This document shows, piece after piece, positions 54,134 through 64,000 of a stretch of 64,000 nucleotides of DNA (its first letter is position 1; each line of letters begins with the position of its first letter). Both the position numbers and the translations under genes were made by a program. The notes under the pieces are model-generated. The model was given only the letters and a program-made list of their open reading frames with translations, searched no databases and was not told the DNA's origin. The stretch covers positions 3,616,001 through 3,680,000 of the forward strand of contig OZ252244.1 in the NCBI GenBank assembly GCA_965249575.1, read 5' to 3'. Origin of the DNA: Gemmatimonadales bacterium. Its GTDB lineage: Bacteria > Gemmatimonadota > Gemmatimonadetes > Gemmatimonadales > GWC2-71-9.

Positions 54134-54799
54134 TGCCGTGGGGCGCCCGGCTGCGACGGTATTTCCTGGTGGGCTTGGTCGTGATTGCGCCCGTGGGCCT
54201 GACGGTTTTCATCCTTCGACTGATTTTCGACACCATCGACGACATCCTGGGGTCGCCCCTCCGGGCCGCCCTCGGATTTCGAATCCCGGGCCTGGGATTC
54301 GTGTTACTCGCGCTCGTCGTGCTGGTAGTGGGTTGGATCGTACACCAGGGCGGTCGGGCGCCGCGTGCTTCATTGGTGGAACCTGGCGCTCTCCCGATTT
54401 CCCCTGACAGGACGGATCTACAACGCCGTGAGCCAAATCGTGCAGAACATGGTGGGGGGGCGTCGTCGCCTGTTTCGGCGTGCAGTACTGGTTCCGTTCC
54501 CAACGGACGGGCTCTGGTCAGTCGGATTCGTCACTCGCGAAGACTCCCCGGTTCTTGAAACTCTCATCGGCGAACCCTGTCTCAACGTGTTCCTGGTGAC
54601 GACACCGACTCCAACGACGGGATTTCTCATCGTGGTACCGCGCTCGAAGACCAAGGAGGTGGATCTGAGCATTGAGGACGCCCTGAAGTTCGTGATTTCG
54701 GCTGGCACGGTGCCGCCGTCGGAGACCGTGACGACTGCGCCGCGGAAGGGGCTGGATCTGGATCGCCTTCTCACGGACGATCGGGAATCGTCAGCGTAA
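54133..54799 (+). pseudogene. DUF502 membrane protein, +1 frameshift near 54350
   Basis: RRYFLVGLVVIAP, IPGLG, VLVPFP, GFVT, TTPTPTTGF, KFVISAG. Removing one G gives HQAVGRRVLHWW. Confidence 0.8.
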
Positions 54800-54878
54800 C
54801 TGCCGTCGCGTCACCACCTCCCCCTGGTCGCGCGGCATGTGGGTTGCGGAGGGAACGGGAGCCCCGCGAAGTTACATC

Positions 54879-55925
54879 ATGCAGATTGCAGCGCTACTAA
54901 CCCGATTCAACGAGCGACAAGTCGCGGCACTCGCCCGGGCGATCAGTATCGTCGAGAACGGCCGGGAGGGGTACGAGGAGCTGCTTTCGGCTATTCACGG
55001 CCGGGTCGGGCGAGCCTACCGCGTCGGAATCACCGGCCCCCCCGGAGCCGGGAAATCGACACTGACTCGCCAGCTGATCCATCAGTATCGGGAGCGAGGC
55101 ATGACCGTTGCCGCCGTCGCGGTCGACCCGACCAGTCCGTTTTCCGGGGGAGCGCTGTTGGGCGACAGGATTCGGATGGAGGCGGTGTCGCTCGACCCGG
55201 GTGTCTTTATCCGGTCGATGGCAACCCGGGGTGCGCAGGGCGGACTGGCGACGACTACTCGAGAAGTCTGCGACGTACTGGACGCGTTCGGTTACGAGCG
55301 GATCATCGTCGAAACCGTCGGGGTGGGGCAGTCGGAGCTGGACATCGCGGCCACGGCCGATACCGCCGTCCTGGTGCTGGTTCCCGAGTCCGGTGACGGT
55401 GTTCAAGTGCTCAAAGCCGGCGTGATGGAGATTGCTGATATCTATGTCGTCAACAAGGCGGACCGCCCGGGGGGAGACGCGCTCCAGCGGGAAGTCGAAG
55501 TCATGCTGGGAATACGCAAGGGCCAGGCTTTTCGGCACGTGAGGCCGCATCACGGACCCTCCACGACGCCTCCGAGCAATCGGCCTGTGAACGATGACAG
55601 CACCACGCCGGAATGGACTCCACCGGTTCTCGCCACGATGGCGATCGACGGGACCGGAGTGGGCGAGTTGATCGATGCGATCGAGGGTTACCGCACCCAC
55701 TTGACGACGACTGGGGCGCTGGAGTTACGACGCCGGGAACGTTTGGTGCGTCATACTCGCGAAGTCGTGGATCGCAGCCTGCGTCAACTCGTATGGGGTG
55801 ACGGAGGGGGCGAAGCGGTTCTCGCGACGGGGCTCGAACGGCTCGTGGACGGAACGGCCAGTCCCTACGAGTTGGCAAACGAGATTCTCGCCGGGATTAC
55901 GGGAGGCAATCATGGCCCAGCGTGA
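54879..55925 (+). CDS. meaB: MeaB/ArgK family GTPase chaperone
   Basis: [54 protein letters not shown]. Confidence 0.95.
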   Translation: MQIAALLTRFNERQVAALARAISIVENGREGYEELLSAIHGRVGRAYRVGITGPPGAGKSTLTRQLIHQYRERGMTVAAVAVDPTSPFSGGALLGDRIRMEAVSLDPGVFIRSMATRGAQGGLATTTREVCDVLDAFGYERIIVETVGVGQSELDIAATADTAVLVLVPESGDGVQVLKAGVMEIADIYVVNKADRPGGDALQREVEVMLGIRKGQAFRHVRPHHGPSTTPPSNRPVNDDSTTPEWTPPVLATMAIDGTGVGELIDAIEGYRTHLTTTGALELRRRERLVRHTREVVDRSLRQLVWGDGGGEAVLATGLERLVDGTASPYELANEILAGITGGNHGPA

Positions 55926-57558
55926 TGGCACCTTCGAGGCGTGGGCGGCGGAACACGAGACGGCGAAGAAGCGGGATGGGGCGTTCGTGACGCAGAGCTC
56001 GACTTCGGTGGCCCCTCTCTATACGAATCGCGACCTCGCAGACTTCGATCCGGAGAAACAGCTCGGCTACCCGGGTGCCTTCCCGTTCACGCGTGGCATC
56101 CATCCGACGATGTACCGAGGCAAACTCTGGACCATGCGCCAGTTCGCCGGGTTCGGGACGGCACTGGACACCAATCGTCGCTACAAGTTTCTCCTCGAAC
56201 GCGGTCAAACCGGACTATCGGTAGCGTTCGATTTTCCAACCTTGATGGGTTACGACTCGGACCACTCGCGATCGGAAGGGGAGGTTGGGAAGTGCGGGGT
56301 GGCGATCTCATCGCTGGCCGACATGGAAACCCTCTTTGACGGCATTCCCTTGGACAGGGTGTCGACTTCGATGACCATAAACGGCCCGGCAGCGATGCTG
56401 TTTTGCTTCTACGTCGCAGCCGCCGAGCGTCAGGGTGCGGACCTATCGAAGCTGCGTGGCACCATTCAGAACGACATTCTCAAGGAGTACATGGCGCAGC
56501 ACGCGTGGATCTTCCCGGTCGATCCCGCCCTCAAAGTGATTGAGGATGTTTTCGAGTGGGCGTCCGAGCACACGCCCGCGTGGAACACGATCTCGATCAG
56601 CGGATACCACATCCGCGAGGCTGGAGCCACCGCCGCGCAGGAACTGGCCTTCACGCTGGCGAACGGTTTCGAGTACGTGGAGCGTGGTATTGCGCGTGGT
56701 CTCGATGTCGATACGTTTGCCCCGCGGCTGTCGTTCTTCTGGGATGTCCACAACGACATCTTCGAGGAGGTCGCGAAGATGCGAGCGGCCCGCCGCATTT
56801 GGGCCCGGCACATGCGTGAGCGCTACGGCGCGACGACGGATCGCGCGTGCATAATGCGCTTTCACTGTCAGACTGCCGGAGTCTCGTTGACCGCGCAGCA
56901 GCCGATGAACAACGTGGTCCGCGTTGCCTATCAGGCTCTCGCGGCTGTCCTCGCGGGCGCCCAATCCCTACACACCAACTCGCTCGACGAAACGTTGTCT
57001 CTGCCAACGGAAGAGGCGGTGCAGGTAGCGCTCCGCACGCAGCAGATCCTGGCGCACGAGACAGGGGTTGCGAACGTCATCGACCCGCTCGGCGGCTCCT
57101 ACTACGTGGAGTCGCTCACCGACCGTATGGAGAAAGAGGCGGAGGCGCTTTTCGTAGAAATCGAACGCGTTGGCGGGGTCGTGGAGGGGATCGAAAACGG
57201 CTGGTTCCAGCGGCAAATTGCCCAGAGCGCGCTTCGTTTTCAGCACGAGATGGAACAGAGGCAGCGGGTCGTCGTTGGGGTCAATGATTTCGTGGTGGAA
57301 GATGACCACAGCGTGGAAATACTGAAGGTCAGTGACGCGGCCGACCGCACGCAGCGGGACCGGCTAGCGGAGTTGCGGGCGGGGCGAGACGGGGCCGGCG
57401 TGGAGCAGGCGCTGGGAGCGCTACGTGACGCGGCCGAACGGGAAGGGAACGTGATGCCGGCGATGCTGGACTGTGCTAGGGCGTATTGCACGCTCTTTGA
57501 GATTCGCCACGCGCTAGAAGAAGTCTACGGTGCGTACCGAGAACCGGTCTTCTTTTAG
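55912..57558 (+). CDS. B12-dependent acyl-CoA mutase large subunit (isobutyryl-CoA mutase-like signature)
   Basis: [48 protein letters not shown]; no fused B12-binding domain. Confidence 0.9.
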   Translation: MAQRDGTFEAWAAEHETAKKRDGAFVTQSSTSVAPLYTNRDLADFDPEKQLGYPGAFPFTRGIHPTMYRGKLWTMRQFAGFGTALDTNRRYKFLLERGQTGLSVAFDFPTLMGYDSDHSRSEGEVGKCGVAISSLADMETLFDGIPLDRVSTSMTINGPAAMLFCFYVAAAERQGADLSKLRGTIQNDILKEYMAQHAWIFPVDPALKVIEDVFEWASEHTPAWNTISISGYHIREAGATAAQELAFTLANGFEYVERGIARGLDVDTFAPRLSFFWDVHNDIFEEVAKMRAARRIWARHMRERYGATTDRACIMRFHCQTAGVSLTAQQPMNNVVRVAYQALAAVLAGAQSLHTNSLDETLSLPTEEAVQVALRTQQILAHETGVANVIDPLGGSYYVESLTDRMEKEAEALFVEIERVGGVVEGIENGWFQRQIAQSALRFQHEMEQRQRVVVGVNDFVVEDDHSVEILKVSDAADRTQRDRLAELRAGRDGAGVEQALGALRDAAEREGNVMPAMLDCARAYCTLFEIRHALEEVYGAYREPVFF

Positions 57559-58745
57559 TGACGCTGTCGTCGCTTCCGCGGATTAGTCCGCTGGTCGACC
57601 GACTGGTGCGGCTCGATACCGGCGGTCACTGGGTGGTCTCGTGCTACCTGAAGCTGGAGCCTCGCGATAGGGTCCGCAGGAAGTACCGCATCAAGTTCAA
57701 GAATAGAGCCAAAGCCCGGCTGACGGATCTCGAGCGTCTCAAACTCGGGCGGTCCGAGCGGGACCTCATCGAGCGAGACCTCGAGCGGGTGCGGGCGTAT
57801 CTGGATGAGCCCGGCAATCTGCCTACCGGTCGCGGGGTGGCAGTCTTCGCATCGGAGCCGATTGGCCTGTTCGAAGCCGTGACGTTGCCCCGCGTCTTCC
57901 GGTCGCGTCTGGTGATCGACCGAACCCCGCTTGTCCGAGAACTCGCGGCCCTGGCCGACGAGTTCGGTCTCGTCGTGTGCGCCGTGTACGACCGAACCAG
58001 CGCCCGATTTTTCCAGGTGACCGCGTTTGGCATCGAGGAACTCACGAGCCTCTCCGCCGGCGGGACGACTCGCGCCGGTCGGTTCCATGGTACCAGTGCG
58101 GCTGCCGGACCGGGACGGGGGATCGCTGCGTCCGGAGAGCACAACTACCATCAGCGCATTCGCGTTGAGAAAGAACGGCACTACGCGGGGATCGCGCAGC
58201 GTCTGTTCGATCTGTCGCGCGCGTTGCCCCACAGGGGGTTCGTTCTGGCCGGGGTCGGTCGGGATGCGGCGGCGGTGGAGCCACACCTCCATCCCTACAT
58301 TCGGAAGCGCGTACTGGGTACGACGCGATTGAACCCGAAATCGACGACGCCAGCGTGCGTGATGGACGCCGTCCTCGAGGTCCTCCATGACGCGGAACGA
58401 GCCTGGGAGGTGGAGCACACGGAGCACTTGGAGGAAGGAATCGGGATTGGGTGGGCGGTGAATGGCGTCGAGGCCGCACTCCGGGCGCTCGCGCAAGGAC
58501 AAGTACGGACGCTCCTCATAGATCCCACGTATTCTGTCGCTGGATTTCGGTGTAAGGGCTCCGGCCGACTCAGCACCAGCGCGAACGCTTGTCGGGGCGA
58601 GGGCGAGGCGGATCCAGTTTCGGACATGATCGACGAGGCGATTGAAGAGGCGCTCCGCCAGCGCAGTCAGATCGACGTCGTCGAAGATCGGGAGGCTCAG
58701 GCGAAACTGGACGGCCTGGCCGCCTTGCTCCGATTCAAGCGGTAG
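57558..58745 (+). CDS. Bacterial archaeo-eukaryotic release-factor-like protein (baeRF, eRF1 fold)
   Basis: VVSCYL, GVAVFA, DRTSARFF, AVNGVEAALRALAQGQVRTLLI, Cys pair insert, terminal GLAALLRF. Confidence 0.72.
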   Translation: MTLSSLPRISPLVDRLVRLDTGGHWVVSCYLKLEPRDRVRRKYRIKFKNRAKARLTDLERLKLGRSERDLIERDLERVRAYLDEPGNLPTGRGVAVFASEPIGLFEAVTLPRVFRSRLVIDRTPLVRELAALADEFGLVVCAVYDRTSARFFQVTAFGIEELTSLSAGGTTRAGRFHGTSAAAGPGRGIAASGEHNYHQRIRVEKERHYAGIAQRLFDLSRALPHRGFVLAGVGRDAAAVEPHLHPYIRKRVLGTTRLNPKSTTPACVMDAVLEVLHDAERAWEVEHTEHLEEGIGIGWAVNGVEAALRALAQGQVRTLLIDPTYSVAGFRCKGSGRLSTSANACRGEGEADPVSDMIDEAIEEALRQRSQIDVVEDREAQAKLDGLAALLRFKR

Positions 58746-58848
58746 AGTACACCCACTAGCTCGGAATCCATCGGCGCCCGGAGGTCCGGCCGACTCGTTT
58801 GAACGGCCGCGGTGCTGTGGGTGCGGCACACGACGCCCCGAGCCGAGC

Positions 58849-58877
58849 TTGTCTCGCGTGTTCACGCTCACTAGCTT
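58849..58877 (+). promoter_or_regulatory. Internal sigma70 promoter, near-leaderless
   Basis: TTGTCT-N17-TAGCTT, 9 nt upstream of ATG 58887; no SD. Confidence 0.5.
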
Positions 58878-58886
58878 GGCCGCACT

Positions 58887-59324
58887 ATGTCACCCAAAGT
58901 GAAAACCGGATCGAAACGGCCGATTCGAGTGCTTGTGGCGAAGCCCGGACTCGACGGACACGACCGTGGGGCAAAGGTCGTCGCCGCAACCCTCCGAGAT
59001 TCCGGGATGGAGGTCATCTATACAGGGTTGCACCAAACACCGGAGATGATCGTCACGGCCGCCGTCCAAGAGGACGTGGACGTGATCGGCCTTTCCGTGC
59101 TGTCCGGGGCGCACATGACCTTGTTCCCCAGAGTTCGAGCGTTACTCGCAGGTGCCGGCCGCAACGAGATCCTTCTTGTCGGGGGGGGGATCATTCCCAG
59201 CGACGACATCAAGCGGCTCGAGTCAGAAGGCGTCGGGAAGCTTTTTGGCCCCGGTACCCCCACCAGCGAGATCGTCGACTACATCAACACTTGGCATCGA
59301 GCCGGTCCGCGTGACCGGAGCTAA
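58887..59324 (+). CDS. Cobalamin-binding small subunit of acyl-CoA mutase
   Basis: [12 protein letters not shown] (DxHxxG), [20 protein letters not shown]. Confidence 0.93.
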   Translation: MSPKVKTGSKRPIRVLVAKPGLDGHDRGAKVVAATLRDSGMEVIYTGLHQTPEMIVTAAVQEDVDVIGLSVLSGAHMTLFPRVRALLAGAGRNEILLVGGGIIPSDDIKRLESEGVGKLFGPGTPTSEIVDYINTWHRAGPRDRS

Positions 59325-60933
59325 ACCGAAGGCTCCGAGCGGCCGCCTCCGAGAACTCGCAGCCGTCTACAGCGAGCTTGCCGAGCAGCTTCGTCTGGGA
59401 GGCGGTCCGGAGAAGGTCGACCGCCAGCACCGTCAGGGGAAAATGACGGCCAGGGAGCGACTCGGCGCGCTGCTCGATCCGGACTCGCTCTGGTTGGAGA
59501 TAGGTCTGCTGGTAGCGTTTGACCGTTACGAGGGGCAGGCTCCCGCGGCCGGGGTTGTCACCGGTGTCGGGGTCGTCTCCGGGCACGACGTCGTGATCGT
59601 GGCCAACGACGCGACCGTCAAGGCAGGGTCCTGGTGGCCCGAAACGATCAAGAAGATCCTGCGGGCCCAGGAGATTGCGATGCGGCAGCGGATCCCCATC
59701 ATCTACCTCGTCGACTCCGCCGGCGTGAACTTGCCGTACCAGAGTGGCGTGTTTCCGGGGCAGTACGGTGCCGCTCGAATCTTCTACTACAACTCGGTCA
59801 TGCGGCGTTACCTCCACGTGCCTCAGATTTCGGCGGTAATGGGGCCCTGCGTCGCTGGCGGGGCCTATTTGCCGGCCTTATCCGATGTCATCTATATGGT
59901 CGAGGGGACATCATTCATGGGGTTGGGCGGCCCCAATCTGGTCAAAGGCGCGACCGGCCAAGTCGTGGACGGCGAGACGCTCGGTGGGGCCGTGACCCAT
60001 ACGACGACGAGCGCGGTCGCCCATTACCGTGCGGCGGACGACGCGGCTTGCCTACGTTCGATTCGGGACTACGTGGAGCGGCTGCCCGAGTGGCACGAGT
60101 TACGCTTGCCCGCACCCTTGCCACGGGGACGGCCTGCGAAAAATCCGCCCGCGGCACTGTACGAGCTTCTCCCCAACGATCATCGGATGGCGTACGACGT
60201 GCGACGGGTCCTCGATTGTGTCCTCGACGCTGGCGAGCTCGTCGAGTTCCAGCCTGATGTGGGTCGCGAAATGATCTGCGGGCACGGTGCGATCGAAGGG
60301 ATCGGCGTGGCGGTCATCGCAAACCAGCGAGGCATGATCAAAAGAGCGGATGGTGGTCCCCCGCGCTTCGGAGGAATTGTCTACACCGAGAGCGCTGAGA
60401 AGGTCGCGTACTTCATCGAGAACGCCAGTAGAGAGCGAGTCCCACTGCTCTTCGTGCAGGATGTGAGCGGGTTCATGGTCGGTCCTGAAGCAGAACACTC
60501 GGGCATCATCCGGGCGGGCGCTCGGTTCGTGGAAGCAATGGCAACGGCGGTCGTCCCGAAGATCGTGTTGACGGTCAACCACGCGTCCGGCGCGGGGTAC
60601 TATGCGATGGCGGGCCAGGGGTTCGACCCGGACTTCATGTTGTCGTGGCCGACCGGCAGGATGGGGGTGATGGAGGGCGATTCCGCGGCCCAGGCGGTCT
60701 ACGGAGAACGAGTCGGCGATCCGGAGCTGGCGGAACAAGTCGAGCAGATGCGGTCAGACTACGACCACCAGCTCGACGCGAAGTTCGCGGGGGCGAGGGG
60801 CTACGTCGACGCGATCATTCTACCTGAGGAGACCCGCGACATGCTGGCCTTCACGCTGCGCGTCACGAGTCACTATAGCGGCCCGCACCTCGGGCCATTC
60901 GTGCTACCGCCGCTCGATTTTCACGAATCATGA
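59311..60933 (+). CDS. Acyl-CoA carboxylase carboxyltransferase subunit (MCC beta/AtuC-like)
   Basis: [48 protein letters not shown]. Confidence 0.9.
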   Translation: MTGAKPKAPSGRLRELAAVYSELAEQLRLGGGPEKVDRQHRQGKMTARERLGALLDPDSLWLEIGLLVAFDRYEGQAPAAGVVTGVGVVSGHDVVIVANDATVKAGSWWPETIKKILRAQEIAMRQRIPIIYLVDSAGVNLPYQSGVFPGQYGAARIFYYNSVMRRYLHVPQISAVMGPCVAGGAYLPALSDVIYMVEGTSFMGLGGPNLVKGATGQVVDGETLGGAVTHTTTSAVAHYRAADDAACLRSIRDYVERLPEWHELRLPAPLPRGRPAKNPPAALYELLPNDHRMAYDVRRVLDCVLDAGELVEFQPDVGREMICGHGAIEGIGVAVIANQRGMIKRADGGPPRFGGIVYTESAEKVAYFIENASRERVPLLFVQDVSGFMVGPEAEHSGIIRAGARFVEAMATAVVPKIVLTVNHASGAGYYAMAGQGFDPDFMLSWPTGRMGVMEGDSAAQAVYGERVGDPELAEQVEQMRSDYDHQLDAKFAGARGYVDAIILPEETRDMLAFTLRVTSHYSGPHLGPFVLPPLDFHES

Positions 60934-63776
60934 TTCGCTTGTTAGCCTCGAGGAGGCGCGCCGCAGTACTGGTGGTGGTCGGGGCCTGCGCGCGGGCCGG
61001 GGTGGAGGAACCCTCTCCCGCGCCACTCGAAGGGAGTAGCACCACCACGGAAGAAGCGAGGCTTCCGATAGTTGCCGAGCCACCTCCCGAGCCCGTTGTG
61101 CTGCCGCTGAGGGCATTGCTCGCTGGACTCCTTCCCCTTCGAAGTATCGGAGCTGATGTCTTTCGAGCCAGCTTCCCAACCCACGACGGCCGCGGGGTGG
61201 TGATCGGGATTCTCGATAGCGGGATCGACGCGGGTGTCCCGGGACTTCAGCGCACGTCGACCGGTGCGCGAAAGCTACTCGATCTCAGAGATTTCTCTCA
61301 GGAGGGTCGCATTGAGCTTTCCCCGCTCGACCCTGGCGACGCCGACGACATCAGCGTGGGGGAGCACCAGGTTTCGGGGTGGCGGCGGATTTCTGCATTC
61401 GCCGCCCCGCCTTACTACGGTGGCTCGTTCCGAGAATTACCGCTCGGGGAGGTCCCCGCGGCGGACGCGAACGGGAATGGGCGGAACACGGATGAGTTTG
61501 CGGTCATCGTGGGGAAGGGGATTGACGGGTGGTTGGTCCTGACGGACACCGACGGCGACGGGTCATTGGGTGACGAGCGCCCGGTGCGGGACTACGCCGT
61601 GGCTCATGAGACCTTCAGCTACCGGACGCTCGGTGCGGTATCTGACGCCGGTCCGTTGACCATTGCCGCAAACATTGCGGAAGACGCGGGTCATCCGTTG
61701 TTGGACTTCTATTTCGACAACTCAGGCCACGGGACGCACGTGGCGGGAATTGCCGCCGGCCATGAAATGTTCGGTGTCGAGGGGTTTAGCGGTGTAGCCC
61801 CCGGGGCACAACTTCTCGGACTCAAGATCTCGAACAACGCTCGCGGTGGAATTTCGGTCACGGGGAGCATGGTCCGCGCCATGCGCTATGCGGCCGAGTT
61901 CGCCGAGCGAAGCGGCCTGCCGCTCGTACTGAACATGAGCTTCGGCGTGGGCAACGAGGTCGAGGGATCGGCGGTCATTGACTCGGTCGTCAACGAGTTT
62001 GCCCTGGCGCACCCCCACATTCTGTTCGTCATTAGTGCCGGGAACGACGGGCCGGGTCTTTCCGCGGTGGGTTTCCCGGGATCGGCCGAATGGGCGCTGA
62101 CTGCGTGCGCCCTGTTTCCCGGCGTCTTCGCTCAAGCTCCCGACCTCCCGTCACTAGACGACGCGCTCGGATGGTGGAGCGCGCGCGGGGGCGAAACCGC
62201 CAAGCCGGACCTGTGCGCTCCGGGCGTGGCGTACTCGAACGTTCCCAGGTGGCACACTGGCGAGGAGATCTCCGGGGGGACCAGCATGGCGGCCCCCCAA
62301 CTCTCCGGAGCCGCCGCACTGTTGCAATCGGCGCTGGTGCAGTCTGGGCGAAAGGCGCGAGCTGCCGACTTGAAGCGTGCGCTCCGCGCGACCGCGAGCC
62401 GGCTGCCAGGAGCGGGACTGGTCGACCAGGGGGCCGGCGTGCCGGACCTCACGGCGGCGCTGCACTGGCTTCTCGCTTCGCACCAGACCGGCCTGTACCG
62501 CGTCGAAGCGCTGCCCGACGGTGGCAACACGTCTCACGCCTCCGCCGCGTACCGGCGCAATGGCCTCCGCACGGCGAGCGACACAGTGCAGCGTTTTCGC
62601 GTCACGTCGTTGGGCGGTCAATCGGCCGCGCGACTCGTGCTTCGGTCCGACGCTGCCTGGCTCCGGGCACCGCCGGAGCTCGAGCTCCGTGGGAATCCGG
62701 CTACGGTCGTCGTGACATACGACGGCGGCCAACTGAAGGAGCCGGGTCTCTACGAAGGGACGATCTGGGCCTCTCCGGCGACGGACACGTTGGGGGGGCC
62801 GGCCTTCGGCCTCTCGAATCTCGTAGCGGTACCCCACCGCATCGACGAGCGGTTTACGGCGAACGGGGTGCTCCAGGAAGGGCGCTTGGCGCGCTACTTC
62901 CTGGAGATGCCGGCCCACGCTGGTGGCTTGACGGTCAGCCTTCAGGTGCGAAGCCGCGCCGAGCAGGCGACGCTGTATCTGTTTGAACCGAACGGCGCAC
63001 CCTATCGCGGGGGCAACAGCGCGGGTGCCGGCGGGGATTCGACCCGCGCATCCATCGAGGTCTCGGCGGAGGATCTGCGCCCGGGCGTCTACGAAGCTGT
63101 CGTCGTGGCACCCCCGACCCAACGCGCCCGGTACCAGCTCACGGCCGAGGCTCCCCGCGTTTCGATCCGTTCCATCTCGGGACGCACGACCGCCATGCTG
63201 CAAAACCAGAGCGACCGGCCGTTATCCGCGCAGGTGTCCGCCGAGATCGTAGGCGCCACCCATCGGCGTACCGTGACGGGGCCGGACGCCGCACCGCTCG
63301 TCGCCCCAGTCGACGTGCCACCGTGGGCCTCACGCATGGTGATCGACGTTCAGCTCCCCACGCAGAGTTGGGGTGAGCTGACGGATTTTGGCGTTACCGT
63401 GTTCGACGAGAGCGGACAGCAGGTGAGCCAGGGACCTCTGAACTACGCGTTTGGGCGGCAGGTAATCGAGCTGGATTCGGCGGTCGCTGGACGGCGATTG
63501 GACGTCGAACTCTTCCCGGCATTCGCCTTGAAGCCTCCGCCGACGGGATGGACGGCCGACCTCACGATCACCTTCCTTGCGAGCCAGGGGACCGTCCTGC
63601 CCACCGAGCTCCCGGACTCGGCCACCTCCCTTCGGATCGGTCCCGGGACCGGGGCGTTGGTGCGATTCGGCGCGCCTAGCGAGCCACCCGACATCGACCC
63701 TCGATTCTCCCCGCTGATTCGCGTGGTCGCGGAGACGGATGGCGGTGGGAGGTCCATTCGACATGGAAGCCCCTAA
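60930..63776 (+). CDS. S8 subtilase, tripeptidyl-peptidase II-like, probable lipoprotein
   Basis: DGRGVVIGILDSG, HGTHVAGI, SAGNDGPG, GTSMAAP; lipobox-like VGAC. Confidence 0.88.
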   Translation: MIRLLASRRRAAVLVVVGACARAGVEEPSPAPLEGSSTTTEEARLPIVAEPPPEPVVLPLRALLAGLLPLRSIGADVFRASFPTHDGRGVVIGILDSGIDAGVPGLQRTSTGARKLLDLRDFSQEGRIELSPLDPGDADDISVGEHQVSGWRRISAFAAPPYYGGSFRELPLGEVPAADANGNGRNTDEFAVIVGKGIDGWLVLTDTDGDGSLGDERPVRDYAVAHETFSYRTLGAVSDAGPLTIAANIAEDAGHPLLDFYFDNSGHGTHVAGIAAGHEMFGVEGFSGVAPGAQLLGLKISNNARGGISVTGSMVRAMRYAAEFAERSGLPLVLNMSFGVGNEVEGSAVIDSVVNEFALAHPHILFVISAGNDGPGLSAVGFPGSAEWALTACALFPGVFAQAPDLPSLDDALGWWSARGGETAKPDLCAPGVAYSNVPRWHTGEEISGGTSMAAPQLSGAAALLQSALVQSGRKARAADLKRALRATASRLPGAGLVDQGAGVPDLTAALHWLLASHQTGLYRVEALPDGGNTSHASAAYRRNGLRTASDTVQRFRVTSLGGQSAARLVLRSDAAWLRAPPELELRGNPATVVVTYDGGQLKEPGLYEGTIWASPATDTLGGPAFGLSNLVAVPHRIDERFTANGVLQEGRLARYFLEMPAHAGGLTVSLQVRSRAEQATLYLFEPNGAPYRGGNSAGAGGDSTRASIEVSAEDLRPGVYEAVVVAPPTQRARYQLTAEAPRVSIRSISGRTTAMLQNQSDRPLSAQVSAEIVGATHRRTVTGPDAAPLVAPVDVPPWASRMVIDVQLPTQSWGELTDFGVTVFDESGQQVSQGPLNYAFGRQVIELDSAVAGRRLDVELFPAFALKPPPTGWTADLTITFLASQGTVLPTELPDSATSLRIGPGTGALVRFGAPSEPPDIDPRFSPLIRVVAETDGGGRSIRHGSP

Positions 63777-63800
63777 CCGTAGCAGACAGGTCGCTTCAGC

Positions 63801-64000
63801 GTGAGCAAGACGGTGCGGATCGCTTCGGCCCAGGGTTTCTGGGGCGACTGGCTAGAGGCCCCGGTCCGGCAGGTGGAAGCCGGCCCTGTCGATTACCTGA
63901 TGATGGACTATCTGGCCGAAGTCACCATGTCGATCATGCAGAAGCAGCGGGCGCGAGACCCCGCCCTGGGATATGCGAGGGACTTCATCCCGTTGATGGA
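63801..64000 (+). CDS. Acyclic terpene utilisation AtuA family protein (runs off window)
   Basis: [34 protein letters not shown]. Confidence 0.85.
   Translation, partial: MSKTVRIASAQGFWGDWLEAPVRQVEAGPVDYLMMDYLAEVTMSIMQKQRARDPALGYARDFIPLM

Noticed and set aside
58746..58886. Cobalamin riboswitch before the B12-binding subunit
   Set aside because: The conserved GGGAA and GCCCCCGCAACTGT/B12-box elements were not found, and the promoter appears to lie immediately before the ATG.

Overview
High-GC bacterial window; gene content and order resemble Gemmatimonadota (inference, not searched). About 1-18.8 kb is accessory and partly decayed: a broken type I R-M hsdR, a truncated SRAP gene, an outer-membrane beta-barrel, and a giant Ig/Calx-beta repeat surface protein whose barrel is followed by a Pro-rich linker and a frameshifted SPOR domain, coupled to a Pal-like gene. 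It also holds a minus-strand copper-type locus: two paralogous small exported His/Cys-rich ORFs ending in PPHx[LI]P[YF]AxPPP, then a TonB-dependent receptor, then a YcnI-stub/CopD fusion. About 18.8-64 kb is core: ppdK, purine genes interleaved with psd/pssA, degP, truA, a trp cluster interrupted by an inverted lexA and by a HEAT + HD-GYP pair, folBK, a panB relic, panC, rlmN, aspS, phoH-HD-ybeY-2x CBS, and a B12 acyl-CoA mutase cluster with isobutyryl-CoA-mutase signature residues, a baeRF protein, a carboxyltransferase, a TPP II-like S8 peptidase and atuA. Best novelty candidates are the tandem putative metal-sensing arrest peptides with a non-RAPP motif, the barrel-SPOR adhesin, a direct-repeat LexA box, and a shared N-terminal domain in the HEAT/HD-GYP pair. 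About 11 genes carry lesions, nearly all dispensable ones. No tRNA, rRNA, CRISPR array, integrase or transposase was recognised.
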